NCBI RefSeq assembly: GCF_018350175.1
Contig: NC_058377.1
Span: forward strand, 98,704,001-98,768,000
DNA from: Felis catus
Taxonomy: Eukaryota
Length of the DNA: 64,000 nucleotides
Direction of reading: 5' to 3'
Below are positions 1 to 11,995 of this stretch, in pieces. Within the stretch, counting starts at the first letter, position 1, and every line of letters begins with the position of its first letter. The position numbers and the translations under genes are program-made. The notes beneath the pieces were generated by a model. The model saw only the letters and a list, made by a program, of their open reading frames with translations, was not told where the DNA came from and did not search any database.

Positions 1-455
1 GTGCAGGTTTCCCTGTTTTGCCAAGTCAAACCAGCTTGACTCAACTTTGTTTTCCACCTGCTCATCAAGGAGACAAGCATGCAGTAGAGCCCCTTGGGAC
101 AAATGTCTCTTCTTCAGACCCTTCCAGGCTGCCCTTTTAGGAAGGCATCCATGCAGCTTTCTCCCCACTTCATTCCTGACTTCCAGTGTGCATTTCAGCC
201 CCTGTTGCTGCCGCCCCTTCCGGAGTTTTTTTCACTTCTTTCTCAAGTCCCTTTTCTTTTTTCTTTTTGTTTCTCCNNNNNNNNNNNNNNNNNNNNNNNN
301 NNNNNNNNNNNNNNNNNNNNNNNNNNNNNNNNNNNNNNNNNNNNNNNNNNNNNNNNNNNNNNNNNNNNNNNNNNNNNNNNNNNNNNNNNNNNNNNNNNNN
401 NNNNNNNNNNNNNNNNNNNNNNNNNNNNNNNNNNNNNNNNNNNNNNNNNNNNNNN

Positions 456-664
456 AAATTTTTAATGTGTGTTTATTTTTGACAGAGAGAGTGAGCGCGA
501 GCGGGGGAGGGACAGAGAGAGAGAGGGAGACACAGAATCTGAAGCAGGCTCCAGGCTCTGAGCTGTCAGCACAGAGCCTGACACAGGGCCTGAACTCACA
601 AATCGTGAGATCATGACCTGAGCCAACGTCGGATGCTTAACCGACTGAGCCACCCAGGTGCCTC
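456..664 (-). mobile_element. CanSINE (SINEC_Fc-like)
   Basis: tRNA-derived head, (CT)n and A-tail on - strand. Confidence 0.9.
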
Positions 665-1372
665 AGCATCTTTTTATTTAAAAATTATAAATAAAGTACA
701 GGGTATAGTTATGTAAAAGTCCCCAAGTGTTCTGGGGGTTATTTGAGGCTTGGTAATTGATTCTTAACAGGACGCAGCCATAGCACAGCAGCCCAAAATA
801 GGATTTCTCGTTTGCCCATCCTCTGCCATTGATGTAAAAAATACATGGAGTTATTTATATCTTATTTCCAAATAAACAATCCAAGAGTGTCATTCTTTCT
901 TTTTCAACATAAATAGGAACCCTCCCATTCCGAGGGGTGATAGAGGGTGTGATTAGAGAAGATGCCTTCTGTTTCAAAGGGACCTCAAGGACAAAGGAGA
1001 AAATAGAATGACCTGGGAGAAACCAATGACTGGCTGCAGGTTCTGCCTGGGCTCATATTCCACAATCTGCTGGGCCAGAAACCTACTAAACAGCTGAGTC
1101 CCTGGGAAAAGGGAGCAGGGAACTCATTTGAGGCCTTTGAAAGGCTGCAGGCCCGGGAATCTCAATCCCACTGCAAACAAGTCTGTTTTCTTAGCTAAAA
1201 AGTGATGGCCTGGTCTATCTTTAACCCTTATGTCAGGCCCCCTGCACTGTGAGGATGTGGGCTGGGATCTATTCCTTACTTCTCCACGATCTTCATCATT
1301 AGTCATACTCTAGGATTGCCTCGTTTTTCCTCCTCCTTTCCTCTGCCCCTCTTTGTTTTTTCTCTTGCTTAG

Positions 1373-1483
1373 CTCTCAAGCTCTCGCCTTTCCTATCAGC
1401 CTGCTGCCCTGGGCGTTGGATCAGCTGACCTGGCTTACCCAGTAGTGTTTGCTGCTGGCTTAAACGCCACACACCCTCACCAG
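1373..1483 (+). CDS. ATG13: ATG13 111-nt phase-0 exon ([37 protein letters not shown])
   Basis: Long pyrimidine tract plus AG at 1371-1372; CAG|GTATTT donor. Confidence 0.9.
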
Positions 1484-3520
1484 GTATTTTTCAAGATGGG
1501 GAAGACCCTGGGGGTTCCTGTGCTACCTCCCCTGCCCTGAGGCAGTTGAGGGGCCTCTTGAGACCCCAGTGTTTATTCTAAGTGCTCTGAAGCAAAGCTC
1601 GTCTGTAACTTTAGAGGACCAGAGGTGACTCCGAGACGAAGGGCCTCCGAGAGTTCCGAACGGAAAGAAGGGCTTCTAGTGTTTTCTCCCTCTCTTTCCT
1701 TTCCTCTGTACGCCTTACCATGCATGTCTCCCCTTAGCGGAGTCCCAGAGAGGACACAGATCCAAGGTTTCCCGCCCACTTGGTGGCAGCATTGGTGGTG
1801 GAAAAGCTCAAAAGCAGCTACCATGATGCCAGGACTGGATCCCCTTCTGCCTGACACTGCCATCATTCGCTGTATTTTTCCATTTCCCCCCAAAGCTCAT
1901 GGTTCCTGGGAAGGAAGGTGGGGTACCCCTCGCTCCCAACCAGCCTGCACACGGTGCTCAGGCCGACCAGGAGAGATTGGCGACCTACACCCCTTCTGAT
2001 GGGGCCCGCTGTGCTGCCACACCTTCCAGCAGGTGGGTTCACGTGTTGATTGCTCGGGTCAGCAGGGGCCCATCCCCCCAACACACGTGCTTATCCGTTG
2101 TCAGTAAAGAGTGGCTTTCACCATTGCCTCGGGCTTGACATTTATGCCCCAAATGTGGAACTCTTAAAGTTCTCAACATACTGCAGCTGGTATGTAAGGA
2201 CGCTGCCCTGGGTTTGCTGTTACAGCCAACAACAGGGGCCTAGTTCTTAGCACCTTCATCCACTGAAGGGACCTTTCAGATACATTTTTTATTTTACCCC
2301 AAGATTTATTCCCTTGGGGTCCACCTTCAGTGTTTCCTGAGGACCAGAGCAGGGTGTTTGCTATAATCCTGACGTTTGGGGCCATACTGTGTCTATGGTG
2401 GTAGTTAGGATTGATTTTTTTTTTTTTTCTGTCTGCTATGTTAGTATCTCCTGGAGATTCTTTAGAAATAACTGCTTTCCTCATTAAAATTTTCTTAAAA
2501 TGTTTGTCTTTTCTGATCACAGAACTGATTAATTCTGTAGATTTCAAATTAAGGAGACATTGGTTAGGTAGAACATGAAAGTTTTCATAATCCCACTCTG
2601 CACAAATCACCACTGTTACTGCTCTTTCAAAGATGAGAGGATCTCAGAGGGTTAAGTAATTTGCCAAAGAGCACTTAGCTCACAAGATGGCTGGGCGCAA
2701 GCTGAGCTCCTTGTTCCTACACTCCGAGCTCTCCCGTGGGAAGATGAGGCTGTCCTGCCCTGCCCTCCCTTGACCGCAGGGCCCCAGAGATGATGATGTG
2801 GATTGCCCCACTGCATCCTAAATGAACTTTAGGATAATAGAAAAAAAATTTTGTTCATTCCCACAGTGGAGCAGTGGGAGGGAAATTATTTGAGAAGATA
2901 TTTTTGTGCCACCATCAGGAAAAATACTTTCATTCCTGGTTTCCCAAACTTCCATCCTTTTATCCCTCCCCCTGTCAGATAATCAAAGGAAGATCCTGGT
3001 AGTCATTTTACACTCTAGTTTTCTGAACCTTGACTCCTGGGGCATGTCTGGGATAGCTAGAGATAGAGGAACCTATCTCTGTAAGGTGAGGGTTTCTTAA
3101 TGTTGGTCATCAAAGCTCAGGCCTTTCCACAGTGCTGGTCTTCCTTGCTGGCTGGTGTCCAAGAGTCCGCTTAGGCTGCACAGTTCTCCTCCCCACCTTG
3201 AGCTCCTTGCCATTTCCCATGTTGGTGGGCCAGTGGCCGGTCCTATGCTGGACGGTGGGTTTATGGGGAGCCAAGTAGGCTCTGCTGAGCCAGAGTAACA
3301 ACACTATCTTTCTTCTCCAGTGAGGATACTGAAACTGTATCAAACAGCAGTGAGGGCCGGGCTTCCCCCCATGATGTCTTGGAAACCATCTTTGTCCGAA
3401 AAGTAGGGGCTTTTGTCAACAAGCCCATCAACCAGGTGATTTTTCTGACACTGCCACCTGTGAGAATGTCTGAGCTCTTGGGGGCAGGGCTCTTAACCTG
3501 GGGTCTGTGTGACCCCTAAA

Positions 3521-3567
<47 letters not shown>

Positions 3568-6500
3568 TTTTTGTGAAGAGGGTTAATAACCTGTGACACC
3601 CCTCCAGGAGAAGTTCAGAGCTGTTGTTCTGTGATCTTTTAAGCCTCCCAAAGGAGAAGGAGACTAGGCACCATTTGGTACAGACACATTGCACTGAAGT
3701 GTCAGTGCCTCAGCCTTACTCAAAATAGGAAGTTCCACCCCAGCTCTGCCAGTACACAACCGTTGGTTGTTACTGAGTCACTGTGGGTCAGGCTTTCAAA
3801 GTTGCTTCCCGGGGTCTTGGGGAATCCTACCCCTGTTTGTGCTGTGGGTGTATGGTGGGAGGCGGAGGAGATTTGGGGTTCTCCGACAGGAACCTGAGAT
3901 CAGTATGGTCAGCGTGGGTGTGCTAATCTACTGAACGTGCAGGCTTCTGGCCACCTGTGAGGAAGCCTGTAGGCTGGGGCAGGGATGGGCAGTAACGTTT
4001 CTGTCTCTTCAGGTGACCCTGACCAGTTTGGACATACCCTTTGCCATGTTTGCTCCCAAGAATTTGGAGTTGGAGGATGCCGATCCCATGGTGAGTCCCC
4101 CTTTGATGGTAAGATGGTGTTGTGCTTATCATCTTCCTGGGTGAGTTACTGTTTCTCCACAGACCATCAGCCAGCCATGCTCTTGGTCTTACATTTTCAG
4201 CCACTGTTGGGTCTCTTACAAAACCCTTGATTATTAACAACAACTTGCACCTGTGCATGGAACCAGCCCCTACCTCCACCTTATTCTGAAACAGGTGAAT
4301 CCTCCAGATTCCCCAGAGACTGAATCTCCTCTCCAGGGCAGCCTGCACTCTGATGGCTCCAGTGGGGGTAGCAGTGGCAATACCCACGATGACTTTGTTA
4401 TGATCGACTTCGTAAGTTACCATCACCTTTCTTGACCTTTGCTGCCATAGGGTAGATAAACCTAGAAGCATCCAGGGCCCTTGGACAGGACATCCTTCAC
4501 AGGGATCAGATGGCCTGGTATAGACAGTGGGGATGGGACAGGTGGGCACTTGGCTGTGCAGTTCATATGGGGAACCTGCCCTCATATCCTGCTTTGGGGA
4601 CACATTTGAAGGTCCATGAACAAGAAGGCGTTTTGTGCCATGTTATTGGTTGAAATTCAACTCTAAATGGGGATTTGCCAGGCGTATCCCTGTAGGTCCT
4701 ATTCCTGCCTGATTAGATGGCCTTTTGCTAAGGAAAGGAATTTAAGGGGACATAAACCTTCCCAGGGGAGAGGGGTGTTATCACCAGAGGTAGGTTTCAG
4801 CTGCCCAGAAGAGAAGGGTATAACGATTCCTCTTCCAAAGATGAGCCTAGAGGAATCCTTTCTTTGATGATTACTGGAAGGGAAGAGGGTCATTCATAGC
4901 TTCTCTCCCCTGATTTTCCTTTGTGATCTAAGACAAGCTAAACTGAGTCTGTCTTGTTTTCGAAGAAACCGGCTTTTTCTAAAGATGACATTCTTCCGAT
5001 GGATTTGGGGACCTTCTATCGTGAATTTCAAAATCCCCCTCAGCTGAGCAGCCTCTCCATAGATATCGGGGCACAGTCCATGGCTGAGGACTTGGTATGA
5101 AAACTCCTTCCCCTGCCGTACCTCATCCTCTGACCTCCTCTCCTCTTTTGATGGCCATTCCTGCTCCAAAAGCCTAGAAGTTTCTTCGTGTTACTCCCCC
5201 CACTCCCACACCCCCCATCCTCTATGTAACAGGAAGGAGACACTTTAGATCATTATGTTCTGTTGATCACACTCGAGATTTGCATTGTGTCTGGCAGTCA
5301 TTATGTTGAACTTGCTTGCGCTGACTTCCTCCTCTTCTGTGCATGCGCAGCATTACTTACACATGCCTGCCATTCGGTGCCTGATGTCTTCTGCTTGCTG
5401 CTGCCACTAAGCCACGCGGCTCCAGTAGCTCTTGCATTTGGCTGTTCAGCTTGTGAGGCAGAAGAAACGCAAGGTCCTGAGTATTGGTGTTCTTACCCTT
5501 TCCTCGGAGAGCTCCTTCCTGACTCAGCTAGTGGTTCTTGTGTTTAGCCAGATGTCCTGACACTGGCTGTAATTACCACATCTCTGCTTTGTGTATTTCC
5601 TGTGTCCAAAGGGCAGAGGCATGCCTCGGTGCCCTATGCCACTGTTGCCAGTGGACTAGGGAGACCCCTGGCCCCTGACGCCTCCACCGAGCCTGACTCC
5701 ACTGAGTCACTGGGATGTTGCTGGAGGCTCTTAGTCTTGTTGCAAGAAAGAATTCAAAGATGGACCAGACACAGTGGTTGAGCAGTGTAAGTGAAGAATT
5801 TATTGGAGGACACTCTCCAGATGTGAGAATGAGCGAGTTCAAAGGAGAGCTCTGCACTCCAGGGTTTGGGTCTCTAGCTTTTTTTTTTTTTTTTTTTTTT
5901 TCAAAGTAGGCTTCAGGCCCAGTGCAGAGCCCAACACAGAGCTTGAACTCATTCCCTGGAGATCAAGACCTGAGCTGAGATCAAGAGTCAGATGTTTAAC
6001 CACCTGAGCCACCCAGGCACCTCTGAGTCTCTAATCTTACAGCTGTTAACCAGGGATGGAATATTTATTACTTGGAAAGAGGATGTCTTTGGGAGCAGGG
6101 TTTCATACCTTTTCTCCCTTGGCCAGGGACTCTGGCCTTCTTTGTATTTGGCCTGTCTGGTTTGACCTGGCTTCTTGTGACTGTTTTTGGAATGCTGCCA
6201 GCCAGGATAGGCCTCTGACTCTCCCTCTAGCTGTCTCTCACTCTCCCTTTGCTGGTCTCCAGGTTTCCTGTTAAAACCTAACTAGCCGCTTACTGTAATG
6301 CCACAAGATGTCAGGGTCCCTCTGCCTGAGGTGGGAATGTGTTGTGTTGACAGCAGCAAGCCCGACGAGGGTCTCAAACTCACGAACCGTGAGAGCGTGA
6401 CCTGAGCCAAAGTTAAACGCTTAACCAACTGAGCCACCCAGGCGCTCCTAATGTTAAGCTTTTAACCGCACCTCATGCCTGCCAGGAAATCTCCTGTCTG

Positions 6501-7260
6501 TGATGATTCCGATCTTCAGATGCAAATTCATCAGTGGAGACAGAGCACCTGATTAGGGTCAAATTTTTATTAATACTTGATACTGGAGGGCAGTTAAACT
6601 TAACTCCTCAGGTTCTGTTTTCTTCTCCTGTTACTGTTTTCTCTCAACTCTCTAACTCACCCCTTCCTCAACTGATGTAAAGATACAGATTCATAGGCCT
6701 CACCACAGACCTGCTGAGTCAGAATCTCTTGGGAGCCTGATTGGGACTACCTTGTTCATGTGCCCCCAGAGGATTCTGGTGCCCAGCTCAGGCCATGAAG
6801 AAACCTCTTGTAAGCTTCAATCTGTAGCATGCTAAGCCTACTGTTTTATTCTGGTGTTAGTCTAATCTGTGCCAAAGATACTTCACGTCTATTTCTCTGT
6901 GTCATCCTGTTGTTGGCATGGTCCTTTTCTAGCTCATTTAGTGTGTGGCCTGCTTGCATTCTCTAGACTGTTCTGCTAAAGCCCCTGACCCCCCACAAAC
7001 CCTGCTGGACACAAGCCCTCTGTCCAGTGCCTGCCCCACTGTCCTGCATCTCCTGCTCTACCGGCCAGCACTGCTGAGCCGAGCTCTGTGCTGCACCCCT
7101 GTCTTCAGCTCAGGTGCCTGGGCTAGCTGCCTCTTCAAGACCCTACCTGAGTAAGCAGCTCTTCTCTCCCCTCCCGGTACAGGACTCACTACCAGAGAAG
7201 CTGGCTGTGCACGAGAAGAATGTCCGAGAATTTGATGCCTTTGTAGAAACTCTGCAGTAA
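1373..7260 (+). CDS. ATG13: Autophagy-related protein 13, 3' part (5' exons lie upstream of the window)
   Basis: join(1373-1483,1896-2032,3321-3435,4013-4090,4295-4411,4966-5094,7183-7260). All introns are GT-AG and the frame is continuous: LSSSRLSYQ...[11 protein letters not shown]...DDFVMIDF (LIR motif)...[11 protein letters not shown], matching mammalian ATG13. Confidence 0.96.
1896..2032 (+). CDS. ATG13: ATG13 exon (LMVPGKEGG...AATPSS)
   Basis: AAG acceptor, AG|GTGGGT donor; lies in ORF 1899-2138. Confidence 0.93.
3321..3435 (+). CDS. ATG13: ATG13 exon ([10 protein letters not shown]...FVNKPINQ)
   Basis: tcttctccag acceptor, CAG|GTGATT donor. Confidence 0.93.
3523..3564. repeat. (TG)n microsatellite
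   Basis: About 21 TG units. Confidence 0.95.
4013..4090 (+). CDS. ATG13: ATG13 78-nt exon ([26 protein letters not shown]), FIP200/RB1CC1-binding segment
   Basis: ctcttcag acceptor, ATG|GTGAGT donor. Confidence 0.93.
4295..4411 (+). CDS. ATG13: ATG13 exon with LIR motif DDFVMI
   Basis: ORF 4253-4435; TTC|GTAAGT donor. Confidence 0.94.
4966..5094 (+). CDS. ATG13: ATG13 exon ([15 protein letters not shown]...MAEDL)
   Basis: AAG acceptor, TTG|GTATGA donor. Confidence 0.93.
5716..6240 (-). mobile_element. Probable solo ERV LTR interrupted by a CanSINE (5879-6023)
   Basis: TG...CA ends, - strand AATAAA, LTR-like composition; family not assigned and no TSD found. Confidence 0.45.
7183..7260 (+). 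CDS. ATG13: ATG13 last coding exon (DSLPEK...VETLQ*), ULK1/2-binding C-terminus
   Basis: tacag acceptor; TAA at 7258-7260. Confidence 0.94.
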
Positions 7261-9548
7261 AAGTTGGTGTCCTCAAGTACCAGCAGCATCCCCTTTTTGT
7301 GGTCCCAGGAGCCAGAGCCTCCCTCTCATCAGCTGCTCCCATCCCTCATCTTGCTCCAGGTGGAGGAAAGGCTGGTTTCCCCCATGGGGACCCAGAAGTC
7401 TCTGTTCTTGCACCTCCTGGAGACTCCATGGCGGCAGTCAAGCCCAGTGATAGCATTTGAGAGGACTCACCCCCTGGTCTTGAAGATTGGAAGATGCTTT
7501 TTAACAAAAGGGCCCTCGGGGTCATCTGCTTACACCGCCCATCAGCAACTGCTTCACAAAGGCTGTCATCCCGTTCTTCCTGCCCACCCCTTGCCCTGGG
7601 TCCACCCTGCAGCTGGCCCCTTGTCCACCTGCCGTTACTGTCAACCACTTGACATTCCAACTGGTGGCCCAGAGCCTGGTGTGGAGGCAGAAAGAAGAAG
7701 GAGACAGTACCGGGAGGAAGAAGGAAGGCCTCCTTCAGGCTCTTTTTTTTTTCTTTTTTTTTTTTTTCGTCCTTTTTGGTTTGGTGTCTTCTTCTCTCCC
7801 TCTCTCCGCCCCTGTGCCTATACTTTTGGCAATATGACAGGCCTCCTGCCCAAGGTGGCGAGAACTCCAAAGTCAGCCATTCCCACCCTTGAGGGTTGTG
7901 CTAGCCCATCCCTCAGCAGAGGGTCGAGCAGCCCTGGTGGCTGCCTGTGCAGCTCCTCAGCTCCATGGAAACAAGAATCTTGCGTCTCCAGGATTCTGTC
8001 ATTGGGAGTCACAGCAAAAGTTTTTTCTCTCCTATTCCCCCCTGTTGCTGCTCCTTGGTTAAAAAACATGGTAAATATTTATTACTTTCAGAGAAATCAG
8101 ATATTTTATAGAGAAAATATGTTTGAGGTTAGGATGTTTTCACTTGGGGAAGGTGGAGGGCCTCTTCCTGGAGTAGGGCCTCCTCCTGTGGAGGTTCCTC
8201 AGGTTCTGGGTTGCTGCTGTGAGGGTCTTACTTCCTATTTACACAAGGTGGGATCCAAGAATAGGACTGGCTGGGGGCGACAGAACCTCCCAGAATTGCT
8301 GCACTTGAACTGACGACAGGCTTTACCTTTGACTCCTACACATGCCTGGCGAGAGTCTTGAATCTCTCCCAGCTTCTGCAGAGTAACTGACTCCATTCTG
8401 GCAGCCCAGGAAATCTTGGGTGCTAAATGTGTACAACTCTGTGTGTACAACTCGCCAGAGTTGTACCATGCACATACAGTGCATTGTATGTGCCCCGCTG
8501 TGGCCACGGGGAAGGCTGGAGGGGCCCCTCCTTCTGGGGGCACTTGTTCCTGTTTCTCAGGGCTGGGTTATGGGCCTTTTCCTCCTTCCTCCTGGGCCTG
8601 GCCACCACCTTTCTTTAATCCCAGGGTCTGCACACCACCCTGAGGTTTCCTGGCTGGATTGGTTCCTTGTTGAGAAACCAAAGCTAGGCATATGATTGAC
8701 TTAACCTTTTAGGTATCGTTACTTGAGTAAGTCAAGTGCCTAGCCTCACCCACCTACCATCTGTCCCTCTCCCAGCCTAACTGGCAGTCCTGGCCAAGGA
8801 AAACAAGGCCCACCCCTTTCCTCCTGGCCCACCTGGGCTATTCATTGGCAGCAGCTGTTCTGCAATGGAGCAGGTGGTCCTTAACTGCTTGTTAGTAAAT
8901 GCATGTGACACTGGTCCCACCTACAAGACTGAGCTCTGAGGGCTAGAGTGGGCTCTGATGCCGTCTCAGGCAGTTGGAGCCCTTCGGCCCCTGTTGCATG
9001 CATTCTGCTGCCACAAAGAAATGTTCCCAGCAGTGGTGTACAAATGGCCCTCCTATCTGGGCCAGTGTGCACCCATGGCCTGCTAAACCAATCCAGACTT
9101 ACTCCCAAGGCCCCAGTGCTGAGAAGGGTGAAGCCCTGGTAAGCTATCGATTGCCCATGCCCTCAGCCCCATCCTGCCACAATATCTCAGCCACTGTCCT
9201 CCTCCTCAGGCTGAGCACTGAACGGCCTGTTAGCTATTTTCCTCTTTGGCTCCTAATTGTTGGCCTTTGCAGGCAGCAGCCTTTCCTTTAGGACCCCCAT
9301 CAGTGAAAGGCCAGGGAGGCTGAGACCTGAGCTGAGCCTGGGAGGAGTAGAGCAACTGTCAAGGCTGGCCCTTGCCCCTCAGCCCCATACAGTGACAGGG
9401 ATGAGCCCTAGACTGACTCCTGCAGCACCCCCTGGGACAGGGCTGGGACCCGTCACTCATCTCCAGGTGACAGAGTCCCTCCCCCGCCTCCATCCCACCT
9501 TGTTTGGAAATATTGAGCTATACTTTAAAATGTATTCAAGAAATTTCC

Positions 9549-9554
9549 AATAAA
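9549..9554 (+). terminator. ATG13 polyadenylation signal (3'UTR about 2.3 kb)
   Basis: AATAAA followed by T-rich sequence. Confidence 0.75.
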
Positions 9555-11989
9555 TTTTTTCTGTACTTTACAGCCTCCTGTCCTACAAGTTTTGTAAAAA
9601 GATAACCCACCCCATCCCACTTCTGTGAGGATCCTGGTCCCTGACGGGCCCCCTCCATGGAAGTGGGGGAAGAGCAGTAGATATGAAGTGCAGAGTGGCT
9701 TTGGAGTCAGGCAGGCTGTTTTGTCTTGGGGCTTGGCCACCAAGCAGCTGTGCAACCTTGGGGCCAATCAGGAAACTGCTTGGAGTCTCATTTTCCTTGG
9801 CTGTACTGTTCCCATTTTGAGGGCTTATCTGTGAATAGTCAGTGAGGTAACGTGCATGAAGTTGACATGCATATGAAGTGTGGCCATGGCATCATCATCA
9901 GCTCTTTCTTGCCCCCTACACAGCCCAGCCCAGCCCAGCACTCAGCCTGGAGGCTCAGAGTGAGAAACAGCTGGCAGGTCTCCGCCATGTTTCCAGTGGA
10001 AGCAGACAGGGAATGTGGGGCTTCCCAAGCTGCCCGGTATCTGTTTGCTGATCTAGGAGGAGTTGTGGCTGAGCAAACCAGACAGGGGAAGGGGTTGAAT
10101 GAAATATAGGGAAGTCAAGGGCCCGTCAAGTTTGTTTAGCTGCTCCGATCTGACAGTTTGAGCGAGGCCCTGGTGTGGTCTCTAAGGAACCATGACAAGT
10201 AGAAGAACCCCGCGGACATTATTCCTGCCTGGCCCCCTGTGTGCTTCTGTAGCACACATCTCAGCCCTGGTAAAGCTGGCTCCTGCCTCCTAACTTGTGA
10301 CTGCACTGGGGGATGGGAGCGAGAGGTAGAGCCAGTATTGCAGAGGCAGAAATGGTTCTAGAAGCAAGGGACTAACTGCCTGACAGACCTAGGCAACTGT
10401 TGTGTGGGTTGCCTCCCTACACCCTTCAGGCTGAAGCCAGGGCAGTAAATGGTTAGAAAATTCTAAATTTAGCGCAAACCTATGGCTGAAAAGAATGAGG
10501 CTGCCCACTGCCATCGTTATGGGCCCTCGGAGCCCTAGCTTGTTAGTTAACTGCACATGATACTCGCCATGATACCTGACTGTGCAGCCAGTTGGGACAG
10601 TCACCGAACCCACATCAGAAATGGTGAAAAGGCTGTCCCTAGTGTCTTTACCTTCAGTTGGGATCCCCCCCAAAAGCAAACTAAAAGCGTTCAGTTGCCC
10701 CATGTCTCATGATGGTGTCCTACCCCTTTAAAGCATCTCCCTACACCCTGCCCCCAGAGACCTGCTGTTGCCAAGGCAGCAGTAAACTGGCTTTTGCGTC
10801 ACTCAGAGGCCCTGCCAGGAGCCCAGCCCAAGTGAACAACTCTCTTGGTCTCTGGCTCCCCTCTCACAGTTTCCCTAGGATACTGTCCCTCTGTTCCAAA
10901 CAGTCACCCAGCATAGAGCTGAACAGAGCCAGTGAGAGAGGCTGCCAGTGCCTTCCGTTGGACTAACTGGGTGAGGGCCAGTTGTGCAATGGGACTAGCT
11001 TCCTGCAGCTCGGTGCCTGTGTTTTTAACCAGCATCTTAACACCACAGCTTGATCCTGCAGTTCTGCCCTGGCTCCCCCAGCCAGAGCAGGCAACGAGGA
11101 GAAAAAAGAACAGGCTCAGCTGAGGCCACCGTAACCTGATTGCAATCAACAGCCAGGCAGCAGACAGGTGGAACTTGACCTTGACCATCATGCCAAGTGA
11201 AATTCTGATCTGCCCTCCAAGTGACAAACCATTATCTTTAACTTGTGGTAAAATACACATAACTTAAATTTTACCATCTTAATCTTTAAAAGCACAGCAA
11301 AACCTGCTCAGGAGAGGAAAGGAAAACTGGATATTTCCTAGCCTCTATAGGATTGGGTGGCAGGTGGAAAGAGCCAAGTCTTTCAGGCCAACAGGAGGGC
11401 CAAGAGAAGCAAATGGTCACATGAGGTTTCCAATCCCAGCTGCTCCACAAAATTGGGACCATCTCATTCCTCTGTGAAATGACGGTCATTCTGATCACCA
11501 CTGAGCACTCACTGTTACATCCTGTGTGCATCATTTCTGATCCTTAGAGAAATAAGGAGACAGTCTCATGTGGGCTGATTATATGGCTGTTACCATTTGG
11601 AGCTGGTGGGAGGGGTGATGGGACTAGGACTCAAGACCAGGTCTGATTCTAAAGCCCACACTGCTTTCACCACGGTCCCCTCCATTCTGGGGACAGAAGA
11701 GGCCTTGGTCATAGGATACAGCACTTGGTGGCCAGTTGGAATGGTGCACACTTACAACATGGAGAGTGACCATTCACACGTCCACGCCTGGAAGATGTCA
11801 GAAAGCTGGCTTCACACCCACTCCCCAAGGAACAAGACAAGGAAGGAAGGAAGGGGTCAGATGGACTGGGGAGGTGGCCTCCTGAGGCCCCACCTGCTCA
11901 TCTTCCACAACCGCACCACACTTCCCACCCCTTTCTGAGACTCCAGGCCTACTTCCTAACATGCAGGTGGGTAGTTTTCCATCTCCTTT

Positions 11990-11995
11990 TTTATT
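11990..11995 (-). terminator. ARHGAP1 polyadenylation signal
   Basis: TTTATT on + (AATAAA on -), about 1.56 kb downstream of the stop codon. Confidence 0.75.

Noticed and set aside
47-616. ORFs spanning N runs (also at 13.2-13.9, 44.1-44.4 and 46.2-46.6 kb)
   Set aside because: Artefacts of translating gaps.
1682-1740. Strong pyrimidine tract plus AG 158 nt upstream of the ATG13 acceptor at 1896
   Set aside because: Use would shift the frame and I see no convincing donor; unsupported without RNA data.
3923-4603. 226-aa minus-strand ORF
   Set aside because: Antisense shadow of two ATG13 exons and their intron.
7264-8313. 349-aa ORF directly after the ATG13 stop
   Set aside because: Non-ATG start, lies in the 3'UTR, crosses a poly-T run, no recognisable domain; best explained by chance.
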